Positions 56,098 through 64,000 of a stretch of DNA of 64,000 nucleotides are shown one piece after another; within the stretch, counting starts at the first letter, position 1, and each line of letters opens with the position of its first letter. A program made the position numbers and the translations under genes. Origin of the DNA: Ophelia neglecta (lineage: Eukaryota); contig OZ260664.1 in assembly GCA_965285935.1 (NCBI GenBank), forward strand, positions 45,694,001-45,758,000. The letters run 5' to 3'. The notes beneath the pieces were generated by a model. The model saw only the letters and a program-made list of their open reading frames with translations, had not been told where the DNA came from and ran no database searches.

Positions 56098-56187
56098 TTT
56101 TAAGTTCTTTTTTTTCTTTTCCAGGTAAGCTTCTTGTAGAGATGACTGTTGCCACACAATTTCAATGTAATTCATCCAGTAGTAAGT
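56098..56187 (+). other. Candidate recursive splice site (ratchet point) with 57-nt RS-exon
   Basis: TTCTTTTTTTTCTTTTCCAG|GTAAGC (junction 56124/56125) and a second donor GTAAGT at 56182. The 57-nt segment has stops in two frames and is open in one (KLLVEMTVATQFQCNSSS). Confidence 0.7.
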
Positions 56188-56989
56188 TCCATTGAAATAT
56201 CTTTTCAATTAAGTTGGAGGCCTTTGACAGGAAGTATCCCTTGAAATTTTGGCCCTAGTAGTATAGGACATGAATTAACTGAATGACTATGTGTTTTCAC
56301 TTGATTAGTGTGTTGACACATTTTAGACTTTTTTTGATGGGTATGGCACATGTCAGGGACATTTGTTTGGGATTCTTTTTACCATCCTAGTACTTATGCT
56401 ACTCAATTTTTTTGCAACTTTAACGGTGGTGCCTGTTGGTGCAGTACAGTAAAAGGTATACAGATACAGACCCCAGTGGATAAAACATGTCATTTATTAG
56501 CCAATAAGTCACATGATCCTTTGATATGTAAATTTATAAGGGCCAGCGCTCAGGTCAGGGGAGTCATAGGACGCGAATATTAAAGTAGTGACCATCATAA
56601 GCAGTGACTGCATAGGGTATTGTTTGTGGTTTATAATCATTTAATTTCAAAATGGTTAACCTTAACAAAAGTTGTTCTAATCTGTATTTCCATACTACTA
56701 CTGCTACCATGTTGGCAGGTGTAATGTTAACCTCCTCAACGGAGGTTACTGGCCTCTAGGCCAAGCAGCAAAAAACCTAAATGGAAATGGCATATTTCAA
56801 GAAGGTATATTTCACTACTTCGCAGTTAAATACTCTGATACTGATGAACAAACTATTACATGTCGGCCTAATTTTCCAATGAAATTATTTAATTTTTTGT
56901 GACCCGAAACCTTAGCTGCAAATGGGAAATTGCCCTAACATACAGGGATGCAGTGCACAACCATGTATTGGTAGCTATGGTAGTCATGT

Positions 56990-57340
56990 GAGCTTGGATT
57001 CTAGAGATGGCCTTCATTTTGACCTTGACCTATTTCTCAAGGTCAAATTTTACAAAACCTGATTTTTCAACAGAACATATCTGATTTACATTGCTAGATA
57101 AACATATTACATATCTTGACCACTTAATTAGGAAGTCACATGCAGGAAATTTACAGTCGACCTTCAATTTGACCTTGACTACAAATTTGCTTAATTATGC
57201 TAGACAGACATGAAGTCATATTTAAGGAATCTATTGATGATTATATGTTTGGCCTTGGCATATTTCCTAGGTCAAATTGAGAAGAGAAAAAACTGATTTT
57301 TCACAATTTCGACCTTGACCTTTTCTCAAGTTGATAAATA
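56990..57340. repeat. Interspersed repeat with TGACCTTG/CAAGGTCA hairpin subunits
   Basis: TTTGACCTTGA-8nt-TCAAGGTCAAA is a perfect 11-bp stem (57018-57047). Further GACCTT.. / GGTCAAATT subunits occur near 57160-57180, 57270 and 57311-57335, roughly 145 bp apart. Confidence 0.6.
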
Positions 57341-60300
57341 GGCATTTTCAACATGTCTTGGTAGCTAGATACTGCAAGAATGTCATTGCAGTAAACTGAC
57401 CACCATTTTGGTATTTAATGTAATTCCATTGCTTTGAAACTTAACACTGCAAGACAGTATACTTGATTTATCGAATTAATCCTCCCAAACTGTTTCTTTA
57501 TCGCTTGCATTTTACTGGTGGGTCATATTATCAACCCTATGGTGACAGCCTCTTTGATGTTTTATAGATATTTTCATGTTTATAAATCTAAATTATGATA
57601 GAGCCCAGTTTAATATTAATATAAAAGGTCGTTATATTAATATCATTGATGTAAGATAAGAATAATAATTTTGAATATAATTCCATTTCTACTAACAGTC
57701 CATTACATTTTAGGACATCTTTAAATTTGATGAATTTATTTTGTATAGAAATATGATTATAAATAAACACATACATATTTAAGAAGAGCTTTTCAAAGGC
57801 ACGTATTTTATTGCAAGACAACTTTTGCCTCTTTTCTGCTCAGAACAACTAGATCATGTTGCACTTTTATGATAGATTGGTTTGCAGACCTTCTACATGC
57901 CCATGTATAGACCAGTCGTTGTAGTAAATCATACCATAATTTATAACTACTCAACCATCTGGTCTGGAAGCCAACAAGGAAAGGGAATGATCTGCCCGGA
58001 ATGACCATAAACCTGGGGAGATTTTATAAGTGTATGCTCCATTGCTGAAGGGTACATCCCCCATGGGCGCGGTGATTGTGCCGGGAGATGGCTTCTTCCA
58101 GGGGTGCAGCAGGACAGGCCACTCCTATGACCAGCTCTTGTTGGCTGATTGAAGCTAGGTCTACAATAAGGATACAATATTTCAATGTAAACAAAAATGT
58201 GAAAAGGACCGAAATATTAAGAAGCTTTTCCAGATATAAATAATTTTGAATTGTATTTGTCAGGCTGATGTTGTCCTATCTGTTTTTCAGCAGCCATTGC
58301 ACGTTCAGTGAGTGGTGTAAAAGAAAAGTTGACCTACTTGTGCATTCTAAGCTTTTTTGGTAGGGGTACTCCTCTGTCCTTGACAGACTTGTTGAGAATT
58401 GCTGATGAGGAAGGAGCTTAATCTTCTTATTTTGGTGACTAGCTCTACTGTGGAAATGGTGTTTACTCATTCACTCTTGTATACTTTGTACATAGAGAGG
58501 TTCTTTTGTCAATGAATTGTCTCTACCAATTTAATTATCATTTGTTGTCACTTTTACACAGAGAGTTGTCTAATAGACAAAATCATAATTGAGTGCCAAA
58601 GTATAAAAAAACTTGTAAATTATCTTCATCCCAAGTGTACCCAATTGGACAATTGTTTAGAAAGAAGGAAATGTACAAAATGAATAAAAAGAGAGGAACT
58701 ATGCATCTTTTCATTTTTATTTACATTGTACATTCATGTTTGTTGGTCCAGAACATACATGTACATGTATAACGGTGACCATGTCATTACAGAGGACAGG
58801 TATCAAAGCAATATCTCCATAAATCACTATTTTATTACACCCACTAGCATTGTGTTAGTATCTACTTCAGCAGAGACAATTGACATTTAATGGTCTTTTG
58901 TAAGTCAACATCACACACAAGCCAATGAGCTTAGTCCACACATTAGGATGGCTGTGCATTGGCCAAGTAACCTAAATACAGTGTTAGCTTCGACATTGGC
59001 CTATTTATTCTCAACCAGTGCCTGTGACTTTATTTCTACTCAATTAATCTATCACTTGTGCGGATATTTAATATGCAGCAATGAACTTATGCATGTTCTC
59101 GTTCATGTTGTACAATGTTTAACATGCTTCGGTATTAAGAAGATATTAAGGATTGTAGTCATGTGGTTGAGGGTCTGTCCTGTCCTTTGCTCCCTTTGGC
59201 TAGCTATTAACAGTCTGCTTGAAGAGCCCCCTGTGCTTGAATCTACAAAGATGGCATATAAATTGCTTGGATGGATCTATTATTGACAAAAATCATCTGG
59301 TATTGAAATCAATGCCTTCGGGTTGATGTCTGGGCCACACCAGAGCAAGATGGGTGGCTTCATGTTTCCGATGTTCGATTTCTGCGGCACACTTCCTGCT
59401 TGACCTCAATGTACATGTGGCAGAACTACACTTAAAGGAATTAATGCCAGGCTTCTGTGATGTTATACATGTAACATATTCAGGGACTTGTATAACAGAT
59501 TGACCTGTTTCTGCTCCCACATTCCTCTTTCAATAACACAGCCCTCGGTACATCAGAATAAAACAAATGTCATTGAGTGACAAATTGACAGTTCAGGGCT
59601 TCTTAGTCTGAAACAGTCATCTGCTGGTTATCAGTATATCTTCTTTGAATTAAATTTACTTTATAGTTCCTTTCAATTTTTTGCAAATAAAATTAGGTAA
59701 ATTGTTTTAAGGAAAAGTTCTCTCTTAGAAAATAATTTGTTGTTAAGCATTTAGTGGGAATGTGCCAGGTCTTGTGTGGAAATGAGCTGTGAGCATGTGC
59801 TGTCTCTTGTTTTCCCTGGCTAGGCCTCAGTATGTGACATGTTTTAATGTTCTCCAGTGAGAACAGTTTGATTGAAGTCCTTTAGCTGTAACACAACGTG
59901 CCACAAATTTACATCTCCATAAGGTCTCCTCCGAGATTCTGGTAGTTGACCTGAATGGACATTTAGGGTATAATATGTTACTTTGTGTGACTGTGGAGAA
60001 TAATTTACCAGCAGGAGCAAGAATAAAGACCTGGCTTTATGTGGTGTCTGCTTGATCTTGACCTATTTAGGTAATCATGCAATCTGCCTATCAAGCTTGT
60101 AATGTTATCATTTGCAAATTGTAGGTACTTGATGCATTACATTTCACCTTGTATTTGTGTCTGTACATTCATGTCAATGCATTGTGGTAAAATTCTTAGA
60201 TGCCATATTAAACTGAATAAAGGCATGTATTGTGTAAGGCTTTATATCTTGTAAGTCGCCAGGCATGGGCCTGCCCTTTCTTATGCTTTTAATTTTTGGA

Positions 60301-63300
60301 CTGATTTGGAGATCAGTTTATGGTATCGGTATTGAAGCTACATGTAAATGTATTTTCAGTTAGTTGCATATAGAAAATAGAGTTGCCAATTTGAAAAAAA
60401 ATCTGGTGGCCACTGTAACTACAAAAGCAATTGACTGATTTTGCCGAAATTGATATGACATTAAATTTTGTTCTCTGCCTTTTGGTATGTGTTAAAAATT
60501 TGGGCAAAATCTGATAATATTTGGTAGGCATAACATTATATCATTAATAAAAAAATGCTATGAAACTTTGTATATGGAGACAGAGCTTTTTTAAGCATTG
60601 TGAGTATGATATTATATGAAATATTGTGATATTGTGTATTGCATTAAAGAATATTATAAAATGTAAGCTAACTACTACATTGTTGTCAAGTTAGATCAAC
60701 TATGAAAGTAGTCATGAACTATACTTTGTACCGGTAGATATTTAAATATTCTTTTTAGTAAGCTAATATAGAAACCTATAATTTTGTATCTAAGGCTGAC
60801 CTAATTATGATGGTCAACCAGTTCTTCAAGGGCAAATCTCAAAATATTGAGGTTAGGTTTAATTAACAAACAACTGTATACCAAGGCATCTACTGACAGC
60901 CAATAAAAGTGTGATAGATCATCTATCTGCACGAAAAAAAGACACAGGTTCTTCTATCAAGCTTTATTTATCACTCACCCTATGGGTAAACAAACTTTAA
61001 AAGGTCTGCACCGAGAAAATTATGAGGAATTTCCCTCTGGCAGTTAGCCTGATTCAGGCACCATGCCCAAGAAGACTTTGGTAAGTTTGCTTTGAATTGA
61101 TCATGAAGATAGTGGCTGAAAGGAATGAAAAATTTACCTCTCTCATGCTCCACATTGCCTTTGCCAAGTAGTGGTCCAACAATCATAGGGCTGGAACTGA
61201 GTATGTAAGCTTCATGGATTATTTGGACCAATGGATGAACAAGTGGAGCTAAGTAGACATGTGTGTGTGTTTTTTTACAAATAACTTTTCCCAAATTGCT
61301 GAAAGTTGCCCCCCTAGGTTTTTTCAAGGTCAAGCCATGATTTTTGTGTCTATTTTCTAAGTAATTTGGTTGTCAAGTTGTTGTATGAACATACAAACTG
61401 TACTTGTGTCCATGTGGCGGTAGGCAGGTTATACATTTCTAAATGTCATCTTGTCTCCAGTAGTTTGGTCCTTCAGGTTATCTTTCTCAAAAGCACATGA
61501 GAAAATTGATACAAATCCAATCAGCCAAGGCTTGCCGGGACAGCTTAATGTAGGAGTGGTGATTATCCACCATATATAATCTTAGGCTGGCCAATGACTG
61601 TAGGAGAAAGTCATAACCAATAATGAATAATCAGAGGCTTAAAATACCAAACCTGGTAATGAAGACTGACTTTTTATAACCCATTTAGTATTATATAGAC
61701 TTATACACGTGGGAACAGCTAGAGCGAGGCAAATGCAAAGCCAATGGCTGGGAATTCTAATGAGAGCCAGGGTTGAGCAAGAGTAAAAGGTGAGCAGGTC
61801 GACAGAGGCAAGAGGAAGCCATCTCCCTGTAGACCACAGCCACGGTAGACAGTCCTCCATACCCCTGTCACTGTCTACAGGCTGGCTAAGTCCTCTCAGC
61901 TTACATGGCCTCTGCATCCTTGGCAAGGCTTGGCCACTTTTGTTTCAGCAAATTGATTTAGGGGATGGTGGTACATTGTAAGCAGTGATTTATTTTCTTG
62001 ACACCCGGGGCCTGCCAACATTCTCAAGGGCAGCTCAGTAAAAAGTTCCTAGGCACATGGAGTTAGGCCATGTAATAGTCATGCTCCCAGGGTTTCTGTG
62101 CTGTTGCAGCTCACCAAAGGCTCATCATGCATCATATTTACACTATAACTCCTCTTTATTAGTGCTCACTCTTATTATGTCAAGAGGCAACTGGTCCTGG
62201 GAGCCAGCTGCTGGACAGAGCTATGTCCAAGAAGTAAAGGCCTTTCTGGTCATTTGGAGTAAAAAACCATAGCTGTGTTTCAATTTTACTTCCTTCATAC
62301 CACAAGAGTGTGTAACTTGAATTGTCCCTGACGGAGGTATCGAGCACTTTAGACCCTGATAAGAAGCATGACCTGGAAAAAACATCCCACAAGAAAGCAT
62401 AAACATCAAAAAGCCTCTATGGGTAAGACCAAACATTTTCATAACATTAATTTAACATGTCATGTGTGATTAAAAAAAATGCTGAAAAGTAAAAATGGTT
62501 CTCAAATTAGCAATGGTACATACTGGATAAGTATGCTGTTTATGACCATGAAAGCAATTGTATGTAAAAAAATTGAGCGTGCTGGTATCTCCGTCTCCAA
62601 TAGCCAGTCATATATTTACTTCATTTTTTCAGAATTATAATAAAAAAGGCCAGCCAAGATGAATGAAGAATGAAGGGTCCTTTGATACATGTTTTGTTCA
62701 TTTTTACACATCTGGGAATGAAGACTGACACTTTTTAATGTCCATTTGATCAACCACTTTTACCAACTGGTTTGGGAGTTATAAACATGTTGTATATTTC
62801 TCCTCTATTGATTTATTTATTTATTTTATTTTTTTCTTGGGGGGGGGGCTGCATTTCATTTTACTGGGTGCTTTCTGTCATGCAGCCAAACACTTCCAAA
62901 ACTGCAGTAGGTATATGTTGAAGCAATGCCAGAGAATAATATTTTTAGGGCTAAAGTAATAGAAATAGTTTATAGACATATCATGGATGTGTTTGTAAAC
63001 AGGTCATAATGACACTTATATCGGCTTATAGTGAATATTTAATAATTCTGGTACACTGATTTCTGTCTGTCAATACGCAGGACAGTATTTAGCTAACTGT
63101 ATCTACACCCTAAAAGTAAATCAGTCAGACAATAACTATGGAGAGCCAGCTAGCCACTGAATGTACCAGATAGATAGTTAATCTGATAGTGAATCTGAAT
63201 GATTTAGCCAGTGTTTGAAGTCAGTATTGTTATTTTACATCCCCTAGATATTAGCCATGATGGATATCATGATCAGTGGTAGCGGTGACTGCCTTTTTCT

Positions 63301-63786
63301 TCTTTGCAATTCATGGTCTGTAAGACATGCAACATGGAACAAATTCCTATCTAACAGTGAAGTACACACTGGTACATTTTTACTATGATTAAGGAGTTGT
63401 TTATTGACACAGGAGAGGGCATCTTTTCTCACAGATTCATTGCCTTTTCCTCCATCCTTTTTTTCACGTGTACATGTATATGTACACAGCTAGGTGTCTG
63501 TTGCTGTAACCAATGCTTCTAAAGAATTAATCTTCATGAAAAATAACAAATAAATGCCCACATTGATGATTATAGCAGACAAAAATAATCTTTAGCAGAA
63601 AGTACTGATGAGCTTTAGGAGAAAGTGCCTCCTAGATTTATGATAGCTATAGTCTGAAAAGGCTTCAACCCGTCCGAGTGGGTAACATGTATTCCCTTTT
63701 CTAATCCCACATCCCTGGATTATTACTCCCACTTGCCTCATCCTGCCTCCCTGGGGTTCTCTTCCTTCTCTTCTCAACTCACCTCT

Positions 63787-64000
63787 CCTCACTGTGTTAG
63801 TCCCTCTGCTCACCCAAACTCACTGTGTTGGTTCTTCAGCTCGTCCCAACTCACTGTGTTAGTCCTTCTGCTCACCCCAACTCACTGTGTTAGTCCCTCT
63901 ACTCACCCCAACTCACTGTGTTAGTCCCTCTGCTCATCCCAACTCACTGTGTTAGTCCCTCTACTCACCCCAACTCACTGTGTTAGTCCCTCTACTCACC
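63787..64000. repeat. 31-bp minisatellite, truncated by the window end
   Basis: Unit AACTCACTGTGTTAGTCCCTCTACTCACCCC, about 7 copies visible. Confidence 0.95.

Larger units (their letters stand above)
1..64000 (+). other. Probable very long intron (or mostly intronic span) of a + strand gene in an invertebrate genome
   Basis: No recognisable coding ORF in 64 kb. CpG is scarce and TG/CA abundant, as expected from gene-body methylation. Both strong acceptor/donor composite sites (26343, 56124) are on the + strand. Confidence 0.6.

Overview
AT-rich (roughly 60-65% AT by eye), CpG-depleted, repeat-containing eukaryotic DNA with no credible long coding region. None of the tracked ORFs resembles a protein I recognise, and the longest come from tandem repeats. 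The TACATGTA excess, TGACCTTG/CAAGGTCA hairpin repeats and TA-flanked MITEs suggest an invertebrate animal, possibly a mollusc or other lophotrochozoan (inference). The window most likely lies inside a very long intron of a + strand gene. The key signal is two near-textbook recursive-splicing (ratchet point) modules about 29.8 kb apart, at 26343/26344 and 56124/56125. Each has a polypyrimidine tract and CAG directly followed by GTAAG, with a second GTAAGT donor 44 and 57 nt downstream, respectively. Weaker AG|GT candidates lie between and around them. Also present: five tandem arrays (52, 46, 31, 27 and 14/20-bp units), two copies of a Tc1/mariner-type MITE in opposite orientations, a diverged ~235-bp inverted repeat pair, G-quadruplex tracts, and a CpG-rich palindrome/hairpin island at ~33.1 kb.
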